From the human T2T-CHM13v2.0 reference genome, Homo sapiens: DNA of 64,000 bases. The notes below the pieces were generated by a model. It made no database searches. It was not told the DNA's origin and saw only the letters and a program-made list of their open reading frames with translations. The stretch lies in NCBI RefSeq assembly GCF_009914755.1, contig NC_060931.1; one strand, given 5' to 3'. Positions within the stretch are counted from its first letter, which is position 1. Every line of letters begins with the position of its first letter. The position numbers were made by a program, and so were the translations under genes. Shown here in pieces: positions 1-16,010 of the stretch.

Positions 1-261
1 TTATGGTCAAATGTGTCAACAAATTGCCTCATTAGATGAGGTTAATTTTATGAATGTAATTATCTGTGGTTTTTATTTGTTTGTATTTGTCTTATTCCAA
101 GACCTTCAAGGGGATCCCTGTTGCCTATTAGATTACATTGAAATTTCTCACTCTGACATTCAAAAATTCTGAAGAGTTGCACCCAATTTCTTCTAATCTC
201 ATCTCCTATTTCTGCAGAAACTACATGCTGGTCAAGCTACCCTATCCTCTGAAAAAGAACG

Positions 262-600
262 CAGCTTTATTGATATATAATTTGCATACCAAAATTCATG
301 CGTTGTAGTGTACCATTTAAGGATTTTTAGTAAATTTGTAGAGTTGTGCACCACTACCACAATCCAATTTTAAACATCACCATTCCCCCAAAAGCCCCCT
401 TGTGTCCAGTTACACCTAATCCTCACTCCCACTCCAACTACAAGAAACTACTAATCTACTTTCTGTCTTCATAGGTTGGTCTTTTCTGGATATTTCATAT
501 AAATGGAATCATACAATATGTAGTCTTTAGCATCTTTTACCTAATATCATGTTTTTGAGGTTCATCTATCAGTTTTCCTCAGTGGTTGCTCCTTTTTATT
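262..600 (-). mobile_element. Ancient L1M (L1MB/ME-like) 3' fragment; outermost layer of the nest, resumes at about 7511-7700
   Basis: Typical antisense L1M 3' text (cagctttattga..., atatttcatataaatggaatcatacaatatgt). Interrupted at ggttgctcctttttat (about 584-599), and a similar ggttgccctattttat recurs at about 7510. Confidence 0.7.
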
Positions 601-990
601 TTATTTCCTCAACTTTTATCTTAGAATCAGGCAGTACCTGTGCAGGCTTGTTACAAAGGTATATTGCATGATGCTGAGGTTTGGAGTATGAATGAACCTG
701 TCACCCAGGTAGTGAGCATAGTACCCGAGAGGTAGTTTTTCAACTCTTACCTCTCTTCCTTCCTCCCCACTCTTATATCGCTCCAGTGTCTGTTGTTCCT
801 AACTTTATGTCCATATGTACCCAATGTTTAGTTCCTACTTATAAGTGAGAACATGCAATATTTGGTTTTCTGTTTGTGTGAGTTAAGTATAATGGCTTCC
901 AGCTACATCCATGTTGCTGCAAAGATATGATTTCATTCTTTGTTTATGACTGCATAGTATTCCATGGTGTTTATATACCATAATTCCTTT
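601..990 (-). mobile_element. Old L1PA (L1PA15/16-like) 3' end, first part; continues at 6512-7510
   Basis: tcaacttttat...gatgctgaggtttgg...gtcacccaggtagtgagcatagtaccc 3'UTR. The sequence before 990 reads on as normal L1 at 6512 (tatgtagttcactgttgatggg). Confidence 0.85.
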
Positions 991-1181
991 AAAATTTTTT
1001 AAAAAAATAATTTCAACTTTTATTTTAGATTCAGGGAGTAGATGTGCAGATTTGTTACATGGGTATATTGAGTGATGCTGAGGTTTGGGGTATGGATCCT
1101 GTCACCCAGGTAGTGAACATGGTACCCAGTAGGTAGTTTTTCAACTCACACCTCCCTCTCTCCCCACTCTAATACTCCCAG
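991..1181 (-). mobile_element. Short 5'-truncated L1PA15/16-like 3' end inserted in the previous element
   Basis: Second copy of the same type of 3'UTR terminus, flanked by taccataattccttt (976-990) and taccacattttcttt (1182-1196). Confidence 0.8.
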
Positions 1182-1444
1182 TACCACATTTTCTTTTTTT
1201 TTTTTTGAGTTTTACTTTATTTTTTTTTATTTTATTATTATTATACTTTAAGTTTTAGGGTACATGTGCACAATGTGCAGGTTAGTTACATATGTATACA
1301 TGTGCCATGCTGGTGTGCTGCACCCATTAACTCGTCATTTAGCATTAGTTATGTCTCCTAATGCTATCCCTCCCCCCTCCCCCCACCCCACAACAGTCGC
1401 CAGAGTGTGATATTCCCCTTCCTGTGTCCATGTGTTCTCATTGT

Positions 1445-4402
<2,958 letters not shown>

Positions 4403-4450
4403 TTATTTTGCTCGTTAGTTGATGCAGTTTCTTCCTAGTCTCGATGGTCT

Positions 4451-5466
4451 TTACATTTTGGCATGATTTTGCAGCGGCTAGTACCGGTTGTGCCTTTCCA
4501 TGTTTAGTGCTTCCTTCAGGAGCTCTTTTAGGGCAGGCCTGGTGGTGACAAAATCTCTCAGCATTTGTTTGTCTGTAAAGTATTTTATTTCTCCTTCACT
4601 TATGAAGCTTAGTTTGGCTGGATATGAAATTCTGGGTTGACAGTTCTTTTCTTTAAGAATGTTGAATATTGGCCCCCACTCTCTTCTGGCTTGTAGAGTT
4701 TCCGCCAAGAGATCCGCTGTTAGTCTGATGGGCTTCCCTTTGTGGGTAACCCGACCTTTCTCTCTGACTGCCCTTAACATTTTTTCCTTCGTTTCAACTT
4801 TGGTGAATCTGACAATTATGTGTCTTGGAGTTGCTCTTCTCGAGGAGTGTCTTTGTGGAATTCTCTGTATTTCCTGAATCTGAATGTTGGCCTGCCTTGC
4901 TAGATTGGGGAAGTTCTCCTGGATAATATCCTGCAGATGTTTTCCAAGTTGGTTCCATTCTCCCCATCACTTTCAGATACACCAATCAGACGTAGATTTG
5001 GTCTTTTCACATAGTCCCATATTTCTTGGAGGCTTTGCTCATTTCTTTTTATTCTTTTTTCTCTAAACTTCCCTTCTCGCTTCATTTCGTTCATTTCATC
5101 TTCCATCACTGATACCCTTTCTTCCTGTTGATTGCATTGGCTCCTGAGGCTTCTGCATTCTTCACTTAGTTCTCAAGCCTTGGCTTTCAGCTCCATCAGC
5201 TCCTTTAAGCACTTCTCTGTATTGGTTATTCTAGTTATACATTCGTCTAAATTTTTTTCAAAGTTTTCAACTTCTTTGCCTTTGGTTTGAATTTCCTCCT
5301 GTAGCTCGGAGTAGTTTGATCGTCTGAAGCCTTCTTCTCTCAACTCGTCAAAGTCATTCTCCATCCAGCTTTGTTCCGTTGCTGGTGAGGAACTGCATTC
5401 CTTTGGAGGAGGAGAGGCGCTCTGCTTTTTAGAGTTTCCAGTTTTTCTGCTCTGTTTTTTCCCCAT
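4451..5466 (-). pseudogene. L1 ORF1p RNA-binding protein, disrupted
   Basis: MGKKQSRKTGNSK start, ARREW and YPAKLS motifs. Premature stops at 5173 and 4478, frameshift near 4935. Confidence 0.95.
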
Positions 5467-6498
5467 CTTTGTGGTTTTATCTACTTTTGGTCTTTGATGA
5501 TGGTGATGTACAGATGGGTTTTTCGTGTGGATGTCCTTTCTGTTTGTTTGTTTTCCTTCTAACAGACAGGACCCTCAGCTGCAGGTCTGTTGGAGTTTGC
5601 TAGAGGTCCACTCCAGACCCTGTTTGCCTGGGTATCAGCAGCGGTGTCTGCAGAACCACGGATTTTTGTGATCCGCCAATGCTGCTGTCTGACTGTTCCT
5701 CTGGAAGTTTTGTCTCAGAGGAGTACCCGGCCATGTGAGGTGTCAGTCTGCCCCTACTGGGCTGTGCCTCCCAGTTAGGCTGCTCGTGGGTCAGGGGTCA
5801 GGGACCCACTAGAGGAGGCAGTCTGCCCTTTCTCAGATCTCCAGCTGCATGCTGGGAGAACCACTGCTCTCCTCAAAGCTGTCAGACAGGGACATTTAAG
5901 TCTGCAGAGGTTACTGCTGTCTTTTTGTTTGTCTGTGCCCTGCCCCCAGAGGTGGAGCCTACAGAGGCAGGCAGGCCTCCTGGAGCTGTGGTGGGCTCCA
6001 CCCAGTTCCAGCTTCCTGGCTGCTTTGTTTACCTAAGGGAGCCTGGGCAATGGCGGGCGCCCCTCCCCCAGCCTCGCTGCCACCTTGCAGTTTGATCTCA
6101 GACTGCTGTGCTAGCAATCAGCGAGACTCCATGGGTGTAGGACCCTCTGAGCCAGGTGCGGGATATAATCTCCTGGTGCGCCGTTTCCTAAGCCCGTCGG
6201 AAAAGTGCAGTATTAGGGTGGGAGTGGCCTGATTTTCCAGGTGCCGTCTGTCACCCCTTTCCTTGACCAGGAAAGGGAACTCCCTGACCCCTTGCACTTC
6301 CCGAGTGAGGCAATGCCTCACCCTGCTTTCGCTGGTGCACGGTGTGCTGCACCCACTCTCCTGCGCCCACTATCTGGCACTCCCTAGTGAGATGAACCCA
6401 GTACCTCAGATGGAAATGCAGAAATCACCTGTCTTCTGCGTCGCTCACGCTGGGAGCTGTAGACTGGAGCTGTTCCTATTCGGCCATCTTGGCTCCTC
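5467..6498 (-). promoter_or_regulatory. L1 5'UTR with internal sense promoter and antisense promoter
   Basis: YY1 site CAAGATGGCCG (6481-6491), CpG-richer composition, SOX-like AACAAA sites, 129-bp segment at about 5597-5725. Confidence 0.85.
6050..6232 (+). CDS. L1 antisense ORF0, truncated to 60 aa
   Basis: MAGAPPPASLPPCSLISDCCASNQRDS... matches primate L1 ORF0. Good Kozak context (gcaATGg). Ends at a TGA where intact ORF0 (71 aa) continues with Arg. Expression is not shown. Confidence 0.8.
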   Translation: MAGAPPPASLPPCSLISDCCASNQRDSMGVGPSEPGAGYNLLVRRFLSPSEKCSIRVGVA

Positions 6499-6511
6499 CC
6501 ACATTTTCTTT

Positions 6512-7510
6512 ATGTAGTTCACTGTTGATGGGTACCTGAGTTGATTCCATGTCTTTCCTATTGTGAATAATGTGGTGATGAACATATGGGTGCATGTCTT
6601 TTTGGTAGAACAATTTATTTTCCTTTGGGTCTGTACTCTGTAATGGGATTGTTGGGTTGAATGATAGTTCAACTCTCAGTTCTCTGAGAAATCTCCATAC
6701 TGCTCCCCACAGTGGATGAACTAATTTACATTTCCCCAGTAGTGGAAGTGTTCCCTTTTCTCTGCAGTCTCACAAGTATCTGTTATTTTTTGACTTTTTA
6801 ACAAAAGCCATTCTGACCAGTGTGAGATGGTATCTCATTGTGGTTTTCATTTGCATTTATCTGATGATTAGTGATGATGAACATTTATTCATATGTTTGT
6901 TGGCTAATTATATGTCTTCTTTTGAGAACTGTCTGTTCATGTCCATTGCCCATTTTTTAATGAGGTTGTTTTTTGCTTGTTGATTCGTTTACATTCCTTT
7001 ATCTCATTCTTTAGGTTGTATGTTTCTTCTGTTGATAATTTCTATTGCCGTGCAGATGGTCTTTAGTTTAATTGGGTCCCACTTGCCCATTTTTGTTTTT
7101 GTTGCAATTGTGTTTGAGGACTTAGGCATAAATTCGTTGCCACAGCTGATATTGAGAAGTGTATTTCCTATCTTTTCTTCTAGGATTTTTATAGTTTGAG
7201 ATCTTACATTTTAAGTCTTTGATCCATCTTGAGTTAATTTTATTACATGATGATAGGTAGGGATCCAGTTTCATTCTTCTCCATATGGATAGCCAGCTAT
7301 CCCAGCACCATTCATTGAATAGGGAGTCTCTTCCCCATGCTTATTTTTGTTAATGTGTTAAAGATTGATGGTTATAGGTGTGCAGCTCTATTTCTGGGTT
7401 CTGTATTATCTTCTATTGGTCTATGTGTCTGTTTTTGTACCAGTACCCTGCTGTTTTGGTTACTGTAGCCTTGTAGTATAGTTTGAACTTGGGTAATGTG
7501 TTGCCTCCAG
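6512..7510 (-). mobile_element. Continuation of the old L1PA15/16-like element (3' part of ORF2)
   Basis: Diverged L1 ORF2 text; the ORF track shows ...FITTLFTIGKTWNQ. Retains sequence homologous to the segment deleted from the L1PA3. Confidence 0.85.
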
Positions 7511-7700
7511 GTTGCCCTATTTTATTTTTCCTACCAGCAGTGTATGAGGATTCTGTTTCTTTACATCCTTACATCACTTATTGTTGTCTGTTTATTTTTT
7601 AAAAATTATAGTCATTCTAGTAGGTGTGTAGTGGTAGCTCATTGTGGTTTTATTTTGCATTTTCCTAACGATGTTGAACTTTTAAAAATATGTTTATTAG
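7511..7700 (-). mobile_element. Continuation of the ancient L1M fragment
   Basis: cctaccagcagtgtatgagg...gtggtagctcattgtggttttattttgcatttt. Confidence 0.65.
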
Positions 7701-8394
7701 ACTATTATTTTTTGATCAAATTTACCATATACATTTCTGCCACCGTGCATTTGCTGATGTTATTTTTGCTACATGTATTTCCCTTTTTTTCCCTCATCTT
7801 CCTTTATGGAAGCTTCCTATAGATACCCTCTTGTCTTTCAAGCTTTTCCTATTTCACCATGCCTTTTCCAGTTATCTGTGATCTCTTCTGCCTTTAAACC
7901 TTAGGAGTGCTATGATTAAACCTCTGTTGTGAAATTTACTTATATTATTCTGTCTTATGTTATGGTTTCTTGGGTACTTCCATCTTTTCTCCTGGTGAGC
8001 CTGGACAACTGGGGCCATTTCTTTGCTTGCCCACCAGTGCACAGAACAGTAACATAATTGAAATAATTCATGACTGTTTGACAAAGACCTCAGAGAAAAA
8101 TGTGTGTTAAAGAAGAGATGGCTTATTCTTCAATTTATTTTCATGTTCCCTGTTCTCTTTAGGGCGTGGAATCCAGTACTGATCATCTCAAATGTTTTCT
8201 TCTCTGCACCCATGAGTCCCTTGCTTTATATCTTACTTTTCTTTAGGAAGCTTAGCCTCATCAGAACACTGTCTCTTTTCCTGTTGTTGCTTGAAATTCA
8301 TACCTCCCTACTCATTTGCCTAAAATCTTAGTTTCATCTTGGTCAGTCACCTCTCCCATTTCTCCCAGGTAGTCAGCAGGCTAAGTAGTGACTC

Positions 8395-8860
8395 AGCCCC
8401 CTCTCTGTCACTCTCCCAGGAGACAACCTTATATTCTGTCTTGTCAGAAAGATTGAGACTCTCAGCTATGTCTCCCTCATTGTCTCACCAACCCTTCTAG
8501 AAACTTGTCTACATCTATTCCCAACTTTCCTGCTGTCCTTCTTGTCTCAAAGGATCAGGTACGTTATTTCTCTTTAAGATCAACCCTTCCCTTGATCCCT
8601 TTGACCTTCTGCTAGCTTCTGGAATACTGATTTATATAAAAGCCAGTTTGTCTGGCTGTTATATTTTTGATCTGTCCCTTGCTCTTTTGCTTTCTTATAG
8701 CCTAAAAACATGTTGAGGTTTATCCCAACATAGACCTGCCTCCTACAACTTTTCTTTGTGTTTCTCTTCTAGATGCAACCTTTTTCTCCTTTTCACACAC
8801 GTCTCGTAAGATCCATAGTACTTTTATTTTTTTGCTTTCTCACCTCTTATTTCATGTATC
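8395..8860 (+). mobile_element. Probable L2 internal fragment
   Basis: Pyrimidine-rich L2-like text, very diverged; boundaries approximate. Confidence 0.4.
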
Positions 8861-11651
8861 CATCTAATATATATATATATATAATCTTGGCCACAGACCA
8901 CAGAAGAACTTAAAATGTTGGTGTTTTTTTTTTTTTTTTTTTTGCTTTATATATCTCCAATATAGTGCAGACCCTGTATATGCATACGGGAATAATTATA
9001 TGCAGAAATGCAGCCTTCTTTTAGCCGGAAAGGATGCCTGGAACATGTGGATAAGCTTGGATATTTGTCTAATGTTAATTGGAATGTTGGTTTTCAGTTG
9101 CAGATGCCAAATCTTCATAAAAGTAATTGGATTTAGCTTCCTATTTAGCAAACTACTTCAAATCCCTGAAGTATCCCACATCCGAAACTAATTTTTCTTG
9201 ATTGTATCAAGTTCAGTCATGAGTAGAACAAGGGTTGACATAGTTTTTTAATATTAAAATATTTCTTGACAAGGTTTCAACACTCTTGCTTGTCCACAAA
9301 CCTATTGTTAAACACACTCAATACAGATGCAATCTTTGTGTTTTGTGGAGCTATTTTAAAAACTTTGCAAGACTGTCTTCTTGAAGTAAACCACATTTAT
9401 TCCTTTTTCCTATACATGTAAATTTAAACTTAGATTTTGATCAGATTTCAAGAAACAACGCAAAAATTGTGTATTTTTATTGCTTTTTATATAAACTTAT
9501 ATATGTACTTAATTAAACTTCTATTGATTCATCCTAGGAAATACATTTTATGGTAGTTTTGAGTCTTAAAAGTGTTATTCAGTCTACAAATGTTCAATGT
9601 AATATGTAAGAATATTTGGGGATACTAGGGAAAAAACCTCTTAGAATGAATATTATTTGATCATTAAAATTTAGGGATTAAGAGATTCAATTTAAAGGAT
9701 TGTGCTATCAAATATTTATCAAGCAGCTACTCTGTGTAGGGGTCTTTATGATTAGAGGAGGTATATAAAGATGTTTATAATATGGTGTATAGCCTCAAGG
9801 AGCACGATGTTTTATACAGATAATAATTATAAGCATGGACAAATGTTACTCCTTATGGTAGTCATTTACCATTGAGGATGATTATTTAAATATCTGAAAA
9901 AATAAAATGGTGCTTAAGTGAAATATGAGCAGATGCATCATACTTTTTTTTTAAACTAAAATGTATTATGTGAAAATCATTTTGGTTGAAATCACTAGTG
10001 ACTAATAGGAACTGTATAGCTCAACAATAGATTATTCTAATGTATTTTTGTAATAGAACCCATTTTGTTAGAAAAAAATTCATAGCCATGCTTCTATGTC
10101 ATTTTTTCTTCCAAGACGTCAAACTATTTAGCAGGTAAATACTGCACAATTTAGTTGAATTGGATTTTCAGTCTGTTTTTAGTTCATCTCCAGAGTAGGA
10201 CTAACTGCCAGACCTAACGTTCACTCCTGTGCCACAGTGCTTAACATAGAGCCTGGTGTGATGCATTCTAGGTGCTCAGTACACATTTGTTGAGCTCTCT
10301 GGTCCTGTCCCAAGGGCAACTGGCATTTCTTCAGTGAGTTTCTGAAGGTATGCCTTCTGTTTCTGCCAGTAATTTCCCTGGGACCAGGAAATTATTTTGC
10401 TAATGAGATATGCACTTTACAACTTGCATGCCTATGCTTATCATTCCTATTCCTGGAGTTCAGCAGTCATTGCAGCTGCTGTGGAAAGTACTCCTTTGCT
10501 TTGACTGTGTTTTAACTATCAAGTTGTTTTGGGACTCCCAGTTTTGTCACTATGGAATTTTTAAGATCCTTTTTTGCTTAAAAAGCAATTGTCATCTTGG
10601 AAGAAGAATAGGTCTCATCATCTTTCTGGTGTTAAGTTGCAAACCTTTGAAAGTTTACGCTTATATCATTTGAGGTAAATTACTTGCTATATCCCAATTA
10701 GGTATACAGTTCTTTTTAAAGCATGTTTTTCATGAGCCTGAATCATAGGACTAGAAGTGACATTATAAAGTACTTCATCTTTTCAAATTTTGCTTTCTAG
10801 CTTGATACCATTCTTCCTTGAGTTAGCCTTTTATTCTTAAAATAAAAAATGATTTTATGTAAAATTTTGAAAGCTGTTGACTACAATGTTTGATATAGTT
10901 TAGTAGGGAATGTTATGGAACAATTGGATACTCACGACCTAGAAAAAGAGTCATTTTTTACTATGAGTTAATTTTTCTGGACTCCTCTTAGTTAACACTG
11001 GGTAATGAGTTAGATGGTAGTTCTGATAGCCTTCAATCAAGAACTGACTCAGAGAAAATACAGTTTCAATAGTAAAGGTGGAGAAGCAGGCATTCCTACA
11101 ACTCTCAGTATCTAAAAATCCTTGCAGTCTCACTCCTACTGTCAGCTGTTTTAACTATCAGTTTTATTTAGGTGGAGAAACCACTGGGACCATGAATGAT
11201 AATTTAATTAACATTCCTTTATTAAGACAGGCTGAGTTTAATTTTTTCTTTTGACTATTCTTTTTAAATAAAGATTATTTTCTTAAGATAGGTTTCTACA
11301 ATGGTAATTACAAAGTCAAAGAATAGGAGTATTTTAAGGCCTTAATATAAATTAGCTGATTATTACTAATTTTATGAGTTGATGCGGCATAGAAAATGTG
11401 CAGGCGATTCTTTAAGTATTCCCTCACACTGTCTTCATTAGTAAGTACATCAATATCACTGTTTTCAGAGCATCTTATGGGGTTTGCCAACAGAATGTGC
11501 CTTCCTTCATGGTCTTGTCTTACAAGACCACCTAGCACAGCTGGAGAGAGCCAACAGTTGCGTGTAAAAAAAAAACAGAATGTGGATATGAGGAGCTAAA
11601 GACAGGGACTGGCTATTGGCCCCTTGTTTATAGTGAATTAAAGCCAGACCA

Positions 11652-11990
11652 GGCCGGGCGCAGTGGCTCACGCCTGTAATCCCAGCATTTTGGGAGGCCG
11701 AGGCAGGCAGATCACCTGAGGTCAGGAGTTTGAGACCAGCCTGACCAACATGGAAAAACCCCATTTCTACTAAAAATACAAAAAAATTAGCCGGGCATGG
11801 TGGTGCATGCCTGTAATCCCAGCTACTCAGGAGGCTGAGGCAGGAGAATCTCTTGAACCTGGGAGTCAGAGGTTGCGGTGAGCTGATAATGCGCCATTGC
11901 ACTCCAGCCTGGACAATAAAAGCAAAACTCCCTCTCAAAACAAAACAAAACAAAACAAAAAACGAAAACAAACAAAAAACCAAAAACCAA
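11652..11990 (+). mobile_element. Alu (AluSp-like) with (CAAAA)n tail
   Basis: Full dimer from ggccgggcgcagtggctcacgcc; cctgaccaacatgga and gcgccattgcac diagnostics. Confidence 0.95.
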
Positions 11991-12299
11991 ACTGAAGAAG
12001 AACCCAGCTTCCCAGAGGAGACTGAGAAGGAGGCAGCCAGCACATGAGTGCTCCTGTAGTGTTATCTTGTTTTGGGATTTAGATCAGTTAGTAGTAATTT
12101 CCCTTCAGGCCTACACATATCTTCATTTTTCTAAAAGAAAAAAGAGAGAAAAGGGGAAATGATCAAAAGGGGGCTAAACAATGATTGACTTTTGATTAGA
12201 TTAAATGAGTTTAAATTCTACTTTACAAAGAAAATTTTTACAAAGGCCCCTTTCAGAATAATCAGAAATACTTTCACATTATGTACTTTTAAACAAAGC

Positions 12300-12800
12300 T
12301 TTTTAAAATAATTACATTAAATATTATCATTGTAGAAAATTTATAAAATTCAGATAAAAATAAACACAAAAATGAAAATGGAAAAGCACCCATAGTTCCC
12401 TGTGAACATTCTCCTGTCTCTTTGTGTGTATACATGCATGCATTATTTTAAAAATTGGGATCATCATATAAAAATCTGTTGGAATCCTATTTATTCCTCT
12501 TAATTTCATCTCAAGATGAGTTTTCATGTCATTATAAATATTATAATACCAATGCTATATAGTGTAGCCATGTAAAAATCAATTTAATCAGTTTCCTAGT
12601 ATTGAATAATTTGATTGTTTTGACCACTTTATTACTATGAACAATGCTGCAGTGAACACTTCTGGAGGTAAAGCTTGAAACATTCATGACTATTTTCTTA
12701 GAATAAATTTTTAGATGTGGAGATGTTGGGCCAGGTTCTGTGTATATTTGTAAGTGTTCCTAATACAAATGTTTCACTTCAGAGAGATGATATCAGTTTA
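12300..12800 (-). mobile_element. L1ME-like 3' fragment
   Basis: ttattactatgaacaatgctgcagtgaaca and related diverged L1M text; boundaries approximate. Confidence 0.55.
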
Positions 12801-13739
12801 CCGTCGACTATTTGGAAAAATTATAATAACTAGGGTAGTGGTTTTCACATTTTTTTAAAAATTGAAATCACAACTTCAAATTGAAGCCTAATACCTAAAA
12901 CAACAACAATAAAAACCTGAGTTATTTGGATCGAAATACCTTCCTACCCTTTATCTTGATGGTTGTAGAGGCTCTACTGAATTCCTGGGGTTCCTTAAGT
13001 CCCATTTTGGAAAAACCAATGACCTTCATGGTGGGCTTCTTGGGGTAGGAGGAAAGGATGCAAAGTCTATGGCAAATTAAAGAAGGGAGATGGACTTAGA
13101 GTCACAATCTGAAGTAAAAGTATGTCAGTGTGTCTTGTAAAATGTTCCAGTATAAAGTACTGTGGGTAAGACCCCAAGTTAGGGAGAAAGCTAATAGAAA
13201 TACAAACTGAGAACTATAGTTTTCCCCATATTCCTTGAGTTTGGAAAGCATGTATAAGAGAAGATGCCTCTAAGAGACCTGGAGACAAACTAGATGAAAA
13301 TACTTAAAAACTTGGTCTTGGATTGAGAGCTCTGCACTTCAGTCTCCATAACCAACATTAGGGCCTGAAAGAAGAAGTAGCTCATCCCAGATATCAACAA
13401 AGATAGGGACCAAAGCCTAACCACACTATAAATTCACAGTAAAACAGTAAGACACCATTTCATCTATAAAACTGGCAAATATGTTTTTTAATAATTCCCA
13501 GTGTTGACAGAGATATCAAGAAGTGGACTTTCCAGTTTAGAAGGGGCTTTGAGGCTGCTAAGTTCAACCTCCTGCTTGTTGTATCCTTGATCTGTAGTCT
13601 TCTTAGCTTTACTTAAACACTCCCAAGAAAGCGTAGTGCTCTCTCCCTCTTTTGCCTTTAGGAACAGCATAGGAATAAGCCAGCTTCATCTTCTTGATCA
13701 GACATTATAATTGGCTCACCTAGTGGTTTTTAAAACATT

Positions 13740-14045
13740 TTTTTAATTAAGAAAAAAAATTTTTTGAGATAGGGTCTCATTCTGCCACCCAGGCTGGAGT
13801 ATAGTGATGCAATCTTGGCTCGCTGCAGCCTCGACCTCCCTGGGCTTAGGATCCTGCCACCTCAGCCTCCTGAGTTGCTGGAACAACAGGTGCATCCCAC
13901 CACATCTGGTTAACTTTTGTAGTTTTTGTAGAGTTGGGGTTTTGCCGTGTTGCCCAGGCTGGTCTCAAATTCCTGGGCTCAAGCAATCTGCCTACCTCAG
14001 CCTATCAAAGTTCTGGGATTATAGGTGTGAGCCACCATGGCTGGC
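13740..14045 (-). mobile_element. AluJ
   Basis: agggtctc...ctgcagcctcgacctccctgggct J-type right arm; degenerate TSD tcac(c/a)tagtg on both sides. Confidence 0.9.
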
Positions 14046-14099
14046 TTCACATAGTGTTTCTATCAAAACATTTATTATTTGCCAAAATTAAAATCTAGA

Positions 14100-14400
14100 A
14101 GACTTTTAAAAATTTCTCTTGAAAAATCAGTAGCCCTGGCCATACGGGACCTGCATTTCCTCATGGTGAGAACAGGCTGCCCCCTTCACATGGGTCCTGC
14201 CTTCTTCTGCTTGACAGCCTTCACCACTGGTATTGTCTCCTGACACAGCCTGAGGTTCTGCTATCTTGTATCATCAAGTTGGTGTTGCTTTTTGTAGTTT
14301 TTGTAAAACTATAAAAAGAAAGAGAAATTGTTCTTTTACCCACATTTGTAAAAATTAGAAAAATGAACGGCAGGCTGAGAGGTTTTGTATATTTTAGGGT
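14100..14400. mobile_element. Possible hAT-Tip100 (Zaphod/MER115-like) fragment
   Basis: aaaaatcag...ctggcca...gggacctgcatttcctcatgg...ggctgccccctt resembles the remembered consensus. Confidence 0.4.
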
Positions 14401-14464
14401 TCAGGACACTATAATGACCAGTACAGATCCCAAGGGGGCTCTATTGCATGGAGACGATAGTTAC

Positions 14465-14630
14465 TAATTTATTCATTCATTTATGCAACAAATGTTATGT
14501 GAGTGCCTGTTGTGTGCCAGACCACTAAGCTGTGATGCACAGTGATGGCCACCATGCCTGGCCATTGAAGCCTCAACAGTGCATGTGACAGCCGTGGTCC
14601 CCAATATTAAGGAGTCTATAATCTATGGGG
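14465..14630 (-). mobile_element. L2 3' end
   Basis: attcattcatttatgcaacaaatgttatgtgagtgcctgttgtgtgccag. Confidence 0.7.
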
Positions 14631-15894
14631 TTTTCCACGTTATTCCAAATCCATAGCTTATGAGCATCTCACAGGTGTAAGTGGCCATTCGAAGTCACAT
14701 GGAGGCAGTGGAGGAGGCAGCCAGTTGTCTCCTTTTAGTGAGCAAAAAATGACTCTGAAGCTCCATTGTTCCCTTTTCTTTTATGTGGATAGAAAAGCAC
14801 AGGGACATTTGCTCCTTGATGCTCCTAGGTTTCTTTCTATGAAAATCTTTCATTTATCTACACTTGCTCAGTAGATATTTATTAGGGACCATAGGTGAGA
14901 CAGTCAGAAAAGTATACAAAATGTAATTGAAATGGTTTCTCTCCTCAAGTAGTTTCCAGTCTAGTTAGGAAGATGAGATATGCACCCCAATAGCTACAAT
15001 AGACACTACGTTTTAACAATAGTTGTTAGATTTTGGGTCTGGTCTACAAAGTTGTTTTAAACTTTTATTGTGAATATTATCTTAGGCCCTTATCAATCTA
15101 TTTTTCTAGTTTTTTATTTGAAATGTGTTCTGATTCAGTTCTATTTTAGTACATCATGGGCTAAGGGTCTTTGTGGATGGGTTTGTGAAATAAACACAGT
15201 TTATAGCATTGTCTCACTGGGGAAATTCCTTCTGTGGGCTTGAATACTCTACTAATAGACATACTTTTGGAATGTTATAATTCATTTAAGTTGGATACTT
15301 CCTCTTTTTAGAATTTCATATTCCTAGATTTGGGGCATTGCAACTGACCTTAGTCATATAGCCCAACCTTCTACTGGGTATAAAAACTCTGTCATTCAAT
15401 GCAATCTAAGATTACATTGGCAAATAATTTTCATCTCCTATGATGATTTTGAACAATTTGTAGTGACTACCGAAAATGCTGAGTTAAGAAGGATTCTTAG
15501 GTTTATCCAGGCTCTAAGACAAAGGTTGCCATAACTGTTTAGTGGAGTCTGTTAAGATCATGGGAATTAAGAATGTTTTAGTATATGCCTAACTATAAGA
15601 AAGGAGATTTTCTAGCTAATCAGAGTGAGTTTTCATGTCAGCTTTTGGTTAACAGAAGTCTTAGTACCATTTTCTCTATCAAATGGCCAGTCTTCCATTC
15701 AGCCAAGTTCATTGGGAACCTCACCAAAAGATTAAAGAACAGAAAATAAATCAGGTAATGAGGAGAGATAGAAACAACAAAGGTTTCTACTGACTTGCTA
15801 CGTTCACTTTTTGAGTTTGGGCACTCTTCTTTTTTACCAAGGGTTAAGCCTGGTGATTGAGACTATATTCTGGTGCAGTGTGCAGCCACTAGGT

Positions 15895-16010
15895 CCTAGG
15901 TTCTTTGAGGACAGGGACCATATCCATCTTGTTCACTCTACCAAGCACAGTGCCTTGCGTACAGCATGCCTAGTATAGGGTAGGTGTCTCTAAGTTTATA
16001 GAATGAATTA
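15895..16010 (+). mobile_element. L2 3' end
   Basis: ctttgaggacagggacca...cttgttcact...gcacagtgcct...aatgaat. Confidence 0.65.
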
